Positions 1 to 12,970 of a stretch of DNA of 64,000 bases are shown here, in pieces. The notes beneath the pieces were generated by a model. The model saw nothing but the letters and a program-made list of their open reading frames with translations, did not search any database and had not been told where the DNA came from. Numbering within the stretch: position 1 is the stretch's first letter; each line of letters opens with the position of its first letter. The position numbers and the translations under genes are program-made. Origin of the DNA: Octopus sinensis (taxonomy: Eukaryota); NCBI RefSeq assembly GCF_006345805.1, contig NC_043013.1, positions 4,030,001-4,094,000 of the forward strand, in the 5' to 3' direction.

Positions 1-165
1 ATAATATAATATCATATATATAATAATATATATAATATATATATATAATAATAATATAATATATATAATAATATATAATAATATATATATATATTATATA
101 TATGTATATATATATTATATATATATGTATGTATACATGTGTCTGTCTGTGTATGTGTGTGTGTG
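1..165. repeat. (TA)n/(TAA)/(TG)n microsatellite
   Basis: Simple repeat seen directly; one of dozens of TA, TG, TATC, TATG, GA and AAT tracts in the window. Confidence 0.95.
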
Positions 166-167
166 TG

Positions 168-435
168 TGACTGTGCTTAGTCTAGTGGTGATGCTGGGCA
201 CCACGATCGCCATACCGTGGCTTGAATTCCTGACTGGGTGACGCGTTGTGTCCTTGAGCAAAACACTTCGCTTCATGTTGCTCCAATCCCACTTTCGATC
301 AGGGGTTAAATTTGGGCCTGCTCCCTTAGCCAGCTAGATGACGTCATTTGAAGGGTAAAAACAACGCAAAGAACGCACTGTGACAGCGATGTATAACGAC
401 ATCTGATAATCTGGTCGTTCACGTGATCACGTGAT
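168..435 (+). mobile_element. Diverged tRNA-derived SINE, E-type head/core plus D-type tail
   Basis: Core TGACGCGTTGTGTCCTTGAGCAAAACACTT matches the copies at 46575 and 47771. The tail ending TCACGTGATCACGTGAT matches the tail of 35550-35854. Confidence 0.7.
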
Positions 436-441
436 ATATAT

Positions 442-490
<49 letters not shown>

Positions 491-507
491 GTATGTATAT
501 GTATATA

Positions 508-1620
508 CAAGGGTTGGACAAAATAATGGAAACACCTAGCGTCATAGCATCATAATTTTGAAATATCTATAAAACCATCAAAAGCTTGTTTATTTTTATG
601 TTTTTTGATTTTTTATTTGGGTTGCTTAATATGTTTTGCTAAAATTGCTGTTTCTTTTCAGATATCATCAGAAAAAAGGTAATTAAAATTCATTAAAATG
701 ACAGATCTTTCAGACTTTCAAAGAGGTCAAATTGTTGGTCCTCGTATGGCAGGCGGTAGCGTAACGAATACAGCTGAAATGTTTGGTGTATCAAGAAGTG
801 CTGTCTCGAAAGTAATGACAGCCTTTGAGAAAATTGAAAAAAACCTCCTCGCCGAAACAAAACTCCAGAAGAAACCAAAACTTTCGGATAGGGATCGTCG
901 GACTCTTACGCGAATTGTTAAAAAGGATCACAAAAGTACATCGCCCAAAAGTACTGCAGAGGTTAATGACCACCTCGAGAACTTAGTTTCCACAAAAACA
1001 GTTCACCTGGAGCTGTACAAAGCCGGATTTCATGGGAGGGCTGCAATCAGAAAACCGCTACTTTCAAAAGCAAATGTTGCAAAGCGTTTAGAGTGGAGTA
1101 AAAACCTACAGAATTGGTCCCTAGAGCAGTGGATGAATGATATTTTCTCGGACGAGTCATCGTTTCCCTTATTTCCGACTGGCCGAGTATATGTGTGGAG
1201 ACAGCGAAAAGAAGCATTTGACACAGACTCCTTTCTTCCAGCTGTTGAACATGTGGGAAGCTCTGTGATGATCTGGGGTGGGTGTGGGGCTTTATCTTGG
1301 GAATCTGCCGACCCAATGGTTTCCCTTCATGGCAGAATTAATAGTCAAGACTATTTAAGCTTTTTATCTAATCAAATTCATCCTGTGGTTGTAGAACTGC
1401 TTCCAGAAGGAAGCGCAATCTTTCAAGATGATAATGCACCAATTCACACAGCTAAAGTTGTTACTGTGGACAAAAATTCCCTTGGAAACAATTCAAACTT
1501 CGTATGAATCCATACCTCGTAGAATTCAAGCTGTAATTACTGCCGAAGGCAGTCCTACTCCATAGTAAAATAAATTTGTTTGAAATTTTAAGGTGTTTCC
1601 ATTATTTTGTCCAACCCCTG
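508..1620 (+). mobile_element. Tc1-like DNA transposon, internally deleted (copy 1)
   Basis: 29-bp TIRs at 508-536 and 1592-1620 (1 mismatch); TA on the left, CA on the right; transposase ORF inside. Confidence 0.95.
698..1565 (+). pseudogene. Tc1 transposase with a deletion removing the WPxQSPDLNxIE motif
   Basis: ORF 698-1507 has a paired-like HTH, GRAAIRKPLL, IFSDES and FQDDNAPIH. After the junction at about 1466/1467, the native C-terminus WTKIPLETIQTSYESIPRRIQAVITAEGSPTP* is in another frame (1467-1565). Confidence 0.92.
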
Positions 1621-1624
1621 CATA

Positions 1625-2263
1625 TCTACTACATATGTTGGAAATTCTATCTGTGGGTGTGTTTGCGGAGTTGTTACCTAACTCCTCCTACATCGTTTCA
1701 TCGATTTTGAGGAAACTTGACATGTGAGTGGAACTCATGTCTGAAAACCTCATGGCATACTCAGATTGTTAAAAACATCGATAATTACAAATCAGCGTTC
1801 AATTGAAAAAAATCAATAGGAGCTTTGAATGGGAATTTCCATAAGGAAGATATTTTTTTGCATTAACTTTTGCATTTCTCGACCGATTCTCTTCAAATTT
1901 GCGATACAGGTGGCAAATGTTATGAGGATGACTATTAAGGAAGATATTTTACTTAGAATGTAAGGAGAGGACAAAAAGCTGCATAAAAACGATTACTCTC
2001 TCCCTCCTCCAGCTGACAGTTTTTTTGTACTTTTTCGTGACGGAAAATACACCTTTTGTGGCAGTTATAACGAAATTGCTTTTTAATATCAGAATAATAA
2101 TGCGTTTGGATGGAGGCCTTGCCTTCCGAATCAGTTTACAGGGCTTAGAAAAACTGAAGGACAGCTGTGTGAATTTGAGAGGATAATATGTTGAATCAAA
2201 GCAGAATTGACTGATCCTCCTGTATTTTCTTTTACTCAAAATCGGGAACTTTTCAGCACCTCA

Positions 2264-2301
<38 letters not shown>

Positions 2302-2390
2302 GTGTGTGCAGTGTTTAAAAAGCTTTTTTTTTTATCCAAAAGGCTTTTACAAGCCAATATTTACTTATATATAGGTTTATCTACTGCTAG
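1625..2390 (+). mobile_element. Candidate non-autonomous Helitron-like element
   Basis: Starts A|TCTACTAC and ends TACTGCTAG|T, the same end as 25027-25422. The subterminal hairpin is weak (CTTATATATAGG). The 5' 155 bp match 4875-5028 in inverted orientation. Confidence 0.45.
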
Positions 2391-2505
2391 TTCTACGTGT
2401 AAAAACTAATTATATATATAAATAATGAAAATGATATATATACACGCATATATACATACATGCATGTAAATACCTACATATATATGTATATACACATGCA
2501 TATAT

Positions 2506-3070
2506 GAGTACAGGACGTCAAACAACGTGAACAACATGAAAAACGAGAAAAGGGAAAACAAAAACATAGAACAACGAAAGAAACAAATAGAAAAGACAGG
2601 CAACATAAAGAACAATCTCTTCATCAGTTGTCCAGTTTTATCTACTCCGCATTTCGAAAGTCAGGACATGATGCGTCTTTGTCAAAACAATCGTTCCCGC
2701 AAAGCAAATTAATTAAGATTTGAGATTTGCGGAGGGTTAAAGTTGGTAACAAAAACAGGACAGTTAAAACAAACAGTAAGGGCTGTTAAGCCATAACGAG
2801 GTGAAGTGGTGAACCTGGAGAAACAAGATTCGACAGGAGATAGACAACAATGCATGCTGTCCCTTGTAGCGTATGAAGGAGAAAGAAAGATAGCCGCTGG
2901 TCACGTGTGTGGAACGAGAGAGTCAAGGAGGAAGAGTGAGAGAGATACAGAGAACAGTGAAGGGGAAGGAGAAGAATTAGAGAAAGAGTAAGAGAGAAAA
3001 GAAGAAAAAAGAAGAGAGGGAGAATAGAGATAGTGATACAATAGTGATAGAAGTGTCGCATCGAAATTAT
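2506..3070. repeat. Interspersed repeat P1 (possible Penelope pLTR/UTR-type sequence)
   Basis: The GTACAGGACGTCA...AACATGAAAA start recurs at 3660 and twice (inverted) at 57616-57751. The Penelope assignment and right boundary are inference. Confidence 0.4.
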
Positions 3071-3138
3071 TAAGATAAACTTACTTGGAAATGGATGCGT
3101 TGCATTCCATGATATAATAATGTAAATAATATATATAT

Positions 3139-3356
3139 TTTACTCTTTTACTCTTTTACTTGTTTCAGTCATTTTGACTGCGGCCATGCTGGAGCACCGC
3201 CTTTAGTCGAGCAAATCGCCCCCGGGACTTATTCTTTGTAAGCCCAGTGCTTATTCTATCGGTCTCTTTTGCCGAACCGCTAAGTGACGGGGACGTAAAC
3301 ACACCAGCGTCGGTTGTCAAGCGATGTTGGGGGGGGGACAAACACAGACACACAAA

Positions 3357-3414
<58 letters not shown>

Positions 3415-3574
3415 CACATATATATGACAGGCTTCTTTCAGTTTCCGTCTACCAAATCCACTCACAAGGCATTGGTCGGCCTGGGGCTATAGCAGAAGAC
3501 ACTTGCCCAAGATGCCACGCAGTGGGACTGAATCCGGAGTCATGTGGTTGGTTTGCAAGCTACTTACCACACAG
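3139..3574 (-). mobile_element. SINE A (bipartite, internal microsatellite)
   Basis: Reverse complement of the A consensus: A/B-box-like head, CCTTGGGCAAGTGTCTT core, internal (CA)/(TA) tract, (GAGTAAAA)n tail. Confidence 0.9.
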
Positions 3575-3659
3575 TATATATACATATATACATATATATG
3601 TATGCATATATACACACATACATGTACATACATATATTTGTATATATACATGCATATAT

Positions 3660-3803
3660 GGGTACAAGATGTAAAAAAACGTGACCAACATGAAAACGAG
3701 AACATGAAAAACAAAAAACATGGAAAACAAACGTTTTTGGGAACAACGAAAGAAACAAATAGAAAAACGAGACAGGCAACATAAAGAGCAATCCCTTCAT
3801 TAG
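3660..3803. repeat. P1 repeat fragment
   Basis: Similar to 2506-2625 (GGTACAAGATG...GACAGGCAACATAAAGAGCAATCCCTTCAT). Confidence 0.55.
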
Positions 3804-3823
3804 TGTATATATATATATATATA

Positions 3824-3858
<35 letters not shown>

Positions 3859-4499
3859 TGAAGATGGTACTTAAGTTGAGGCACCAGAATTTAGTATGGT
3901 ATTTATTATCCATACAATTTCAAAATAAGGCGATTAAAATCAAAATAAAGAACAAGGATATCCAGAGGTAAAGCAGTACGATCGTTTCAACCGACTCCAT
4001 TTAATTGAAAAATGCAATCATTTCATTACATCAATTTAAAATGTAGAGCAGTCTTCAGCTGCAAAAAGACATAAAATTTAATTAAATTAGAAGGACACAT
4101 TAGTATAATGTGTTCTTCTAATTTAGTTGTAAATAGTTGTAACTATGATGTTGTTGGTAAATCATGTTCTTCGTCTATCTCCTTATCCTCTTGGAGATTT
4201 TGGGTAAAATTATACTAATGTGTCCTTGTAATTTAATTAAATTTTATGTCTTTGTGCATCTGAAGATTGCTCTACATTTCAAAGCCACTACAAAATATGT
4301 TGTGGAAAAAAGTATCTACTCTCATGGAGAAAGAGTAACTATAGAAACGCAGAATTATCGCAGTAATGGGTATTCAAAAAATATGTATATATAGAAATGT
4401 ATGAATGAAGAAATTCAAATTAAAGAAGCACAACAATAATGCTTAGCAGTTCAAAAACTGAGTAGTGAAATCATGAGAATCAAAGATTGATCGCTTCGC

Positions 4500-5022
4500 T
4501 AAAAGCTGCAGGTGGTATGGATTATTTCCCTTGGGTTTAAATACAATATTAGTAATATGTAGTAGATAGGAGGATCCATTGGGTGGGCTCTGTTATCGAC
4601 TTTTTTCAACAATCTAAGTATGTCACCAGGTTTCCAGACATGAGTTCTACAGAAGTGCCAAATAAAGTAAAAACGTAATATTGTCTGCAAAAATTAGAAA
4701 TTGGACACACAAAATATCAATATGCAAAGTAATCGAGCATAATCAATGAAATGGGTTACTTCCCTTGAGTGTTTAAAAATATTGTACAGGTGGTATTGGT
4801 TATTTCCCTTGGGTGTTTTTAAAAAATTAGTTGTGTGAGGTAGATATAAAGGTCCCTCCCAGGGGCCGTATTAACGATTTTTTTCAACTATCTAAGTATG
4901 TCACGAGGTTTCCAGACATGAAGTCTACTCACGTGTCAAGTTTCATCAAAATCAATAAAACGATGTAGGAGTTAGCTAACAATGCCACAAAAGAACACGT
5001 ACCGATTTACCACATATGTAGT

Positions 5023-5025
<3 letters not shown>
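4500..5025 (-). mobile_element. Helitron-like 5' portion, same family as 1625-2390, with internal duplications
   Basis: The minus strand starts A|TCTACTACATATGT. The block at about 4600-4650 duplicates about 4878-4930, and TTATTTCCCTTGGG subrepeats are present. No 3' CTAG end found. Confidence 0.45.
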
Positions 5026-5090
<65 letters not shown>

Positions 5091-5146
5091 TATATATATA
5101 TTATATATATATATATATTATATATATATATTATATATATATATAT

Positions 5147-5328
5147 GACGGGCTTCTTTCAGTTTCCGTCTACCAGATACACTCACAAGGCTTTGGTCGG
5201 GCCGTGGCTATAGTAGAAGACACTTGCCCAAGGTGCTACCCAGTGGAACTGAACCCAGAACCATGTGGTTGGTAAGCAAGTTACTTACCACACAGCCATG
5301 CCTTCGCCTATAGCCATGCCTGCGCCTA
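5147..5328 (-). mobile_element. SINE A, 5' half only
   Basis: Head and core on the minus strand, with an 18-bp tandem duplication at the head; ends in a (TA)n tract. Confidence 0.85.
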
Positions 5329-5411
5329 CATATATCTACATATAACAGAGTATATGTGTTCTGCCAGAATATTCTTTCATTGATTGGATATCATTTAAAT
5401 GAAATATTGTT

Positions 5412-5810
5412 GCGTGGTTGTGTGGTAAGTAGCTTGTTTACCAACCACATGGTTCCGGGTCCAGTCCCACTGCGTGGCACCTTGAGCAAGTGTCTTCTAC
5501 TATAGCCTGTGGCCGACCAAAGCCTTGTGAGTGGATTTGGTAGACGGAAACTGAAAGAAGCCCGTCGTATATATGTATATATATATATATGCGTGTGTGT
5601 GTTTGTGTGTCTGTGTTTGTCCCCTAGCATTGCTTGACAACCGATGCTGGTGTGTTTATGTCCCCGTAATTTAGCGGTTCGGCAAAAGAGAGCGATAGAA
5701 TAAGTACTAGGCTTACAAAGAATAAGTCCCGGGGTCGAGTTGCTCGATTAAAGGCGGTGCTCCAGCATGGCCGCAGTCAAATGACTGAAACAAGTAATAG
5801 AGTAAAGAGT
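5412..5810 (+). mobile_element. SINE A
   Basis: Head, core, internal microsatellite and right half are all present; tail AAGTAATAGAGTAAAGAG. Confidence 0.9.
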
Positions 5811-6357
5811 ATGTTTGCTTTAGACATAAGACAGAATCATCACTTCGGAGAGACGATATGTCTTTAACTGGCTTGTGGAATAGTTACCAGTCAAGTGATG
5901 ATGGGATTTTTGAAGAACTGATGAAGTCTATTACTATGTGTTAGTCAATTTGATCTATAAATACTAATACCGTCTAGTAATTATTTCTTACATTAATTGA
6001 ACTCGGAGCAAATGTCGTATAACTTTTATGAATTGTTTCCCTGGAATTGATGAGTAGATTCTACTAGTCACGTCGCTCTGCTTAGTGTAATCCTTCAATG
6101 TGCCTAATGCTGTTATCAAAATTCCTTGCCCAGCAAATCCCGTTTCTAAATATTTCGACTGCAAGTTCCGGATTATAGCACAACACGGCTTAAAGACTAA
6201 GTGAGATTTATTGGCACAACTAAAAGGCCGAGTGTGATTATAGATAGACACGGCTAAAAGACTGAGGGAGAATCAGCTAAAATGAGATTATTCAGTAACA
6301 ATACTGACTCCGTAAAATACAACGATTAACATCACTACTTCCATCCAAAGGACCCAC

Positions 6358-6377
6358 ACTACTACTACTACTACTAT

Positions 6378-6437
<60 letters not shown>

Positions 6438-6459
6438 AGCTGCTGCTGCTGCCGCTGCA

Positions 6460-6500
<41 letters not shown>
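6358..6500. repeat. (CTA)n trinucleotide tract interrupted by a (CTG)-type block at 6438-6459
   Basis: Seen directly; it explains the poly-V and poly-S ORFs. Confidence 0.95.
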
Positions 6501-6816
6501 CTCCACCATCATCGCGACCATCAAGTGTAACTTTGGAAGCCGACACACGGGACTTCACATAATCATCGAGCTAGAAATATAAGCTAAATCTCCTCCAAAA
6601 AGAACCGAACGCTTCTGATCCTAAGTGTCTGCTCTCGATCACAAGGCTTCTTCAGTGCTAAACAATAAAGGCGTTTGGTAATAATTGAACTTGATGACGT
6701 TGTTCGTCTTTTACCCGGTCTTATGAAACCTGGATATCTGATATTTGTGACATGTCAATAGCGACGACCTGTTTATTATATCGTTATGGAACTAAGTGTA
6801 TGTGTATGGGCGTGCG

Positions 6817-9800
6817 AATGTGTGTGTCTTTAAATGCATACTCTTGTATGAATGTGTGTCTTTAAATGCATACTCCTGTATGAATGTGTGTCTTTAAATG
6901 CATACTCTTGTATGTATGTGTGTCTTTAAATACATACTCTTGTATGAATGTGTGTCTTTAAATGCATACTCTTGTATGTATGTGTGTCTTTAAATGCATA
7001 CTCTTGTATGTATGTGTGTCTTTAAATGCATACTCTTGTATGTATGTGTGTCTTTAAATGCATACTCTTGTATGAATGTGTGTCTTTAAATGCATACTCT
7101 TGTATGTATGTGTGTCTTTAAATGCATACTCTTGTATGAATGTGTGTCTTTAAATGCATACTCTTGTATGTATGTGTGTCTTTAAATACATACTCTTGTA
7201 TGTATGTGTGTCTTTAAATGCATACTCTTGTATGTATGTGTGTCTTTAAATGCATACTCCTGTATGAATGTGTGTCTTTAAATGCATACTCTTGTATGTA
7301 TGTGTGTCTTTAAATGCATACTCCTGTATGAATGTGTGTCTTTAAATGCATACTCTTGTATGTATGTGTGTCTTTAAATGCATACTCTTGTATGAATGTG
7401 TGTCTTTAAATACATACTCTTGTATGTATGTGTATCTTTAAATGCATACTCTTGTATGTATGTGTGTCTTTAAATGCATACTCTTGTATGAATGTGTGTC
7501 TTTAAATGCATACTCTTGTATGTATGTGTGTCTTTAAATACATACTCTTGTATGTATGTGTGTCTTTAAATGCATACTCTTGTATGTATGTGTGTCTTTA
7601 AATGCATACTCCTGTATGAATGTGTGTCTTTAAATGCATACTCTTGTATGTATGTGTGTCTTTAAATGCATACTCCTGTATGAATGTGTGTCTTTAAATG
7701 CATACACTTGTATGTATGTGTGTCTTTAAATGCATACTCTTGTATGTATGTGTGTCTTTAAATGCATACTCTTGTATGTATGTGTGTCTTTAAATGCATA
7801 CTCTTGTATGAATGTGTGTCTTTAAATGCATACTCTTGTATGTATGTGTGTCTTTAAATGCATACTCCTGTATGAATGTGTGTCTTTAAATGCATACTCT
7901 TGTATGTATGTGTGTCTTTAAATGCATACTCCTGTATGAATGTGTGTCTTTAAATCATACTCTTGTATGTATGTGTGTCTTTAAATGCATACTCTTGTAT
8001 GAATTGTGTGTCTTTAAATCCATACTCTTGTATGTATGTGTATCTTTAAATGCATACTCTTGTATGTATGTGTGTCTTTAAATAATACAGATCTTGTATG
8101 TGTATGTGTGTTTTAAATGCATACTCTTGTATGTATGTGTGTCTTTAAAATCATACTCCTGTATGAATGTGTTCTTTAAATGCATACTCTTTGTATGTAT
8201 GTGTGTCTTTAAATGCATACTCTTGTATGAATGTGTGTCTTTAAATACATACTCTTGTATGTATGTGTATCTTTAAATGCATACTCTTGTATGAATGTGT
8301 GTCTTTAAATACATACTCTTGTATGTATGTGTATCTTTAAATGCATACTCTTGTATGTATGTGTGTCTTTAAATACATACTCTTGTGTGTATGTGTGTCT
8401 TTAAATGCATACTATTGTATGTATGTGTGTCTTTAAATGCATACTCTTGTATGTATGTGTGTCTTTAAATGCATACTCTTGTATATGAATGTGTGTCTTT
8501 AAATGCATACTCTTGTATGTATGTGTGTCTTTAAATGCATACTCTTGTATGAATGTGTGTCTTTAAATGCATACTCTTGTATGAATGTGTGTCTTTAAAT
8601 GCATACTCTTGTATGTATGTGTGTCTTTAAATGCATACTCTTGTATGTATGTGTATCTTTAAATGCATACTCTTGTATGTATGTGTGTCTTTAAATGCAT
8701 ACTCTTGTATGTATGTGTGTCTTTAAATGCATACTCTTGTATGTATGTGTGTCTTTAAATGCATACTCTTGTGTGTATGTGTGGTCTTTAAATGCATACT
8801 CTTGTATGTTGTGTGTCTTTAAATGCATACTCTTGTATGTATTGTGTCTTTTAAATGCATACTCTTGTATGTATGTGTGTCTTTAAATGCATACTCTTGT
8901 ATGAATGTGTGTCTTTAAATGCATACTCTTGTATGTATGTGTGTCTTTCTTAAATGCATACTCTTGTATTATGTGTGTCTTTAATGCATACTCTTGTATG
9001 ATGTGTGTCTTTAATGCATACTCTTGTATGTATGTGTGTCTTTAAATGCATACTCTTGTATGTATGTGTGTCTTTAAATGCATACTCTTGTATGTATGTG
9101 TGTCTTTAAATGCATACTCTTGTATGTATGTGTGTCTTTAAATGCATACTCTTGTATGTATGTGTGTCTTTAAATGCATACTCTTGTATGTATGTGTGTC
9201 TTTAAATGCATACTCTTGTATGTATGTGTGTCTTTAAATGCATACTCTTGTATGTATGTGTGTCTTTAAATGCATACTCTTGTATGTAATGTGTGTCTTT
9301 AAATGCATACTCTGTATGTATGTGTGTCTTTAAATGCATACTCTTGTATGTATGTGTGTCTTTAAATGCATACTCTTGTATGTATGTGTGTCTTTAAATG
9401 CATACTCTTGTATGTATGTGTGTCTTTAAATGCATACTCTTGTATGTATGTGTGTCTTTAAATGCATACTCTTGTATGTATGTGTGTCTTTAAATGCATA
9501 CTCTCTGTATGTATGTGTGTCTTTAAATGCATACTCTTGTATGAATGTGTGTTCTTTAAATGCATACTCTTGTGTGTATGTCTGTCTTTAAATGCATACT
9601 CTTGGTGTATGGTGGTCTTTAATGCATACTCTTGTATGTATGTGTGTCTTTAAAACATACTCTTGTATGTATGTGTGTCTTTAATGCATACTCTTGTAGT
9701 ATGTGTGTCTTTAAATGCATACTCTTGTATGTATGTGTGTCTTTAAATGCATACTCTATCTTGTATGTATGTGTGTCTTTAAATGCATACTCTTGTATGT

Positions 9801-12800
9801 ATGTGTGTCTTTAAATGCATACTCTTGTATGTATGTGTGTCTTTAATGCATACTCTTGTATGTATGTGTGCTTTAAATGCATACTCTTGTATGTATGTGT
9901 GTCTTTAAATGCATACTCTTGTATGTATGTGTGTCTTTAAATGCATACTCTTGTGTATGTTGTGTGTCTTTAAATGCATACTCCTTGTATGTATGTGTGT
10001 CTTTAAATGCATACTCTTGTATGAATGTGTGTCTTTAAATGCATACTCTTGTATGTATGTGTGTCTTTAAATGCATACTCTTGTATGTATGTGTGTCTTT
10101 AAATGCATACTCTTGTATGTATGTGTGTCTTTAAATGCATACTCTTGTGTGTATGTGTGTCTTTAAATGCATACTCTTGTATGAATGTGTATCTTTAAAT
10201 GCATACACTTGTGTGTATGTGTATCTTTAAATGCATACTCTTGTATGAATGTGTATCTTTAAATGCATACACTTGTGTGTATGTGTATCTTTAAATGCAT
10301 ACTCTTGTATGTATGTGTGTCTTTAAATGCATACACTTGTATGTATGTGTATCTTTAAATGCATACTCTTGTATGAATGTGTATCTTTAAATGCATACAC
10401 TTGTATGTATGTGTATCTTTAAATGCATACTCTTGTGTGTATGTCTGTCTTTAAATGCATACTCTTGTATGAATGTGTGTCTTTAAATGCATACTCTTGT
10501 GTGTGTATTGTGTGTCTTTAAATGCATACTCTTGTATGAATGTGTGTCTTTAAATGCATACTCTTGTATGTATGTGTGTCTTTAAATGCATACTCTTGTA
10601 TGTAGTGTGTGTCTTTAAATGCATACTCTTGTATGTATGTGTCTTTTTTAAATGCATACTCTTGTATGTATGTGTGTCTTTAAATGCATGCTACTCTTGT
10701 ATGTATGTGTATCTTTAAATGCATACTCTTGTATGAATGTGTATCTTTAAATGCATACTCTTGATGTATGTGTGTCTTTAAATGCATACTCTTGTATGTA
10801 TGTGTGTCTTTAAATGCATACTCTGTATGTATGTGTGTCTTTAAATGCATACTCTTGTATGAATGTGTGTCTTTAAATGCATACTCTTGTATGTATGTGT
10901 GTCTTTAAATGCATACTCCTGTATGAATGTGTGTCTTTAAATGCATACTCTTGTATGTATTGGTCTTTAAATGCATACTCCTGTATGAATGTGTGTCTTT
11001 AAATGCATACTCTTGTATGTATGTGTGTCTTTAAATGCATACTCTTGTATGAATGTGTGTCTTTAAATCCATACTCTTGTATGTATGTGTATCTTTAAAT
11101 GCATACTCTTGTATGTATGTGTGTCTTTAAATACATACTCTTGTATGTATGTGTGTCTTTAAATGCATACTCTTGTATGTATGTGTTCTTTAAATGCATA
11201 CTCCTGTATGAATGTGTGTCTTTAAATGCATACTCCTGTATGTATGGTGTCTTTAAATGCATACTCTTGTATGAATGTGTGTCTTAAATACATACTCTTG
11301 TATGTATGTGTATCTTTAAATGCATACTCTTGTATGAATGTTGTCTTTTAATACATACTCTTGTATGTATGTGTATCTTTAAATGCATACTCTTGTATGT
11401 ATGTGTGTCTTTAAATACATACTCTTGTGTGTATGTGTGTCTTTAAATGCATACTATTGTATGTATGTGTGTTTTAAATGCATACTCTGTATGTATGTGT
11501 GTCTTTAAATGCATACTCTTGTATATGAATGTGTGTCTTTAAATGCATACTCTTGTATGTATGTGTTGTCTTAAATGCATACTCTTGTATGATGTGTGTC
11601 TTTAAATGCATACTCTTGTATGAATGTGTGTCTTTAAATGCATACTCTTGTATGTATGTGTGTCTTTAAATGCATACTCTTGTATGTATGTGTATCTTTA
11701 AATGCATACTCTTGTATGTATGTGTGTCTTTAATGCATACTCTTGTATGTATGTGTTTCTTTAAATGCATACTCTTGTATGTATGTGTGTCTTTAAATGC
11801 ATACTCTTGTGTGTATTTGTGTCTTTAAATGCATACTCTTGTGTGTATGTGTATCTTTAAATGCATACTCTTGTATGTATGTGTGTCTTTAAATGCATAC
11901 ACTTGTATGTATGTGTATCTTTAAATGCATACTCTTGTATGAATGTGTATCTTTAAATGCATACACTTGTATGTATGTGTATCTTTAAATGCATACTCTT
12001 GTGTGTATGTCTGTCTTTAAATGCATACTCTTGTATGAATGTGTGTCTTTAAATGCATACTCTTGTGTGTATGTGTGTCTTTAAATGCATACTCTTGTAT
12101 GAATGTGTGTCTTTAAATGCATACTCTTGTATGTATGTGGTGCTTTAAATGCATACTCTTGTATGATGTGTGTCTTTAAATGCATACTCTTGTATGTATG
12201 TGTGTCTTTAAATGCATACTCTTGTATGTATGTGTGTCTTTAAATGCATACTCTTGTATGTATGTGTATCTTTAAATGCATACTCTTGTATGAATGTGTA
12301 TCTTTAAATGCATACTCTTGTATGTATGTGTGTCTTTAAATGCATACTCTTGTATGTATGTGTGTCTTTAAATGCATACTCTTGTATGTATGTGTATCTT
12401 TAAATGCATACTCTTGTATGTATGTGTGTCTTTAAATGCATACTCTTGTATGTATGTGTGTCTTTAAATGCATACTCTTGTATGTATGTGTGTCTTTAAA
12501 TGCATACTCTTGTATGTATGTGTGTCTTTAAATGCATACTCTTGTATGTGTGTGTATCTTTAAATGCATACTCTTGTATGTATGTGTGTCTTTAAATGCA
12601 TACTCTTGTATGTATGTGTGTCTTTAAATGCATACTCTTGTATGAATGTGTATCTTTAAATGCATACTCTTGTATGTATGTGTGTCTTTAAATGCATACT
12701 CTTGTATGTATGTGTGTCTTTAAATGCATACTCTTGTATGTATGTGTATCTTTAAATGCATACTCTTGTATGTATGTGTGTCTTTAAATGCATACTCTTG

Positions 12801-12970
12801 TATGTATGTGTGTCTTTAAATGCATACTCTTGTATGAATGTGTGTCTTTAAATGCATACTCTTGTATGTATGTGTGTCTTTAAATGCATACTCTTGTATG
12901 TATGTGTGTCTTTAAATGCATACTCTTGTATGTATGTGTGTCTTTAAATGCATACTCTTGTATGTATGTG
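6817..12970. repeat. 32-bp minisatellite, about 190 units
   Basis: Unit TTTAAATGCATACTCTTGTATGTATGTGTGTC; period of 32 measured (e.g. 12367 to 12399); recurrent point variants. Confidence 0.98.

Noticed and set aside
5830-6340. Possible Penelope RT remnant (VTSL motif, + strand); similar hints at 15780-16020 (-) and 41100-41700 (-)
   Set aside because: Only isolated 4-8 residue resemblances across several frames; needs a profile search before any call.
6817-12970. CRISPR-like array (32-bp hairpin repeats)
   Set aside because: Units are directly adjacent with no unique spacers, no cas genes, and eukaryotic context; it is a minisatellite.
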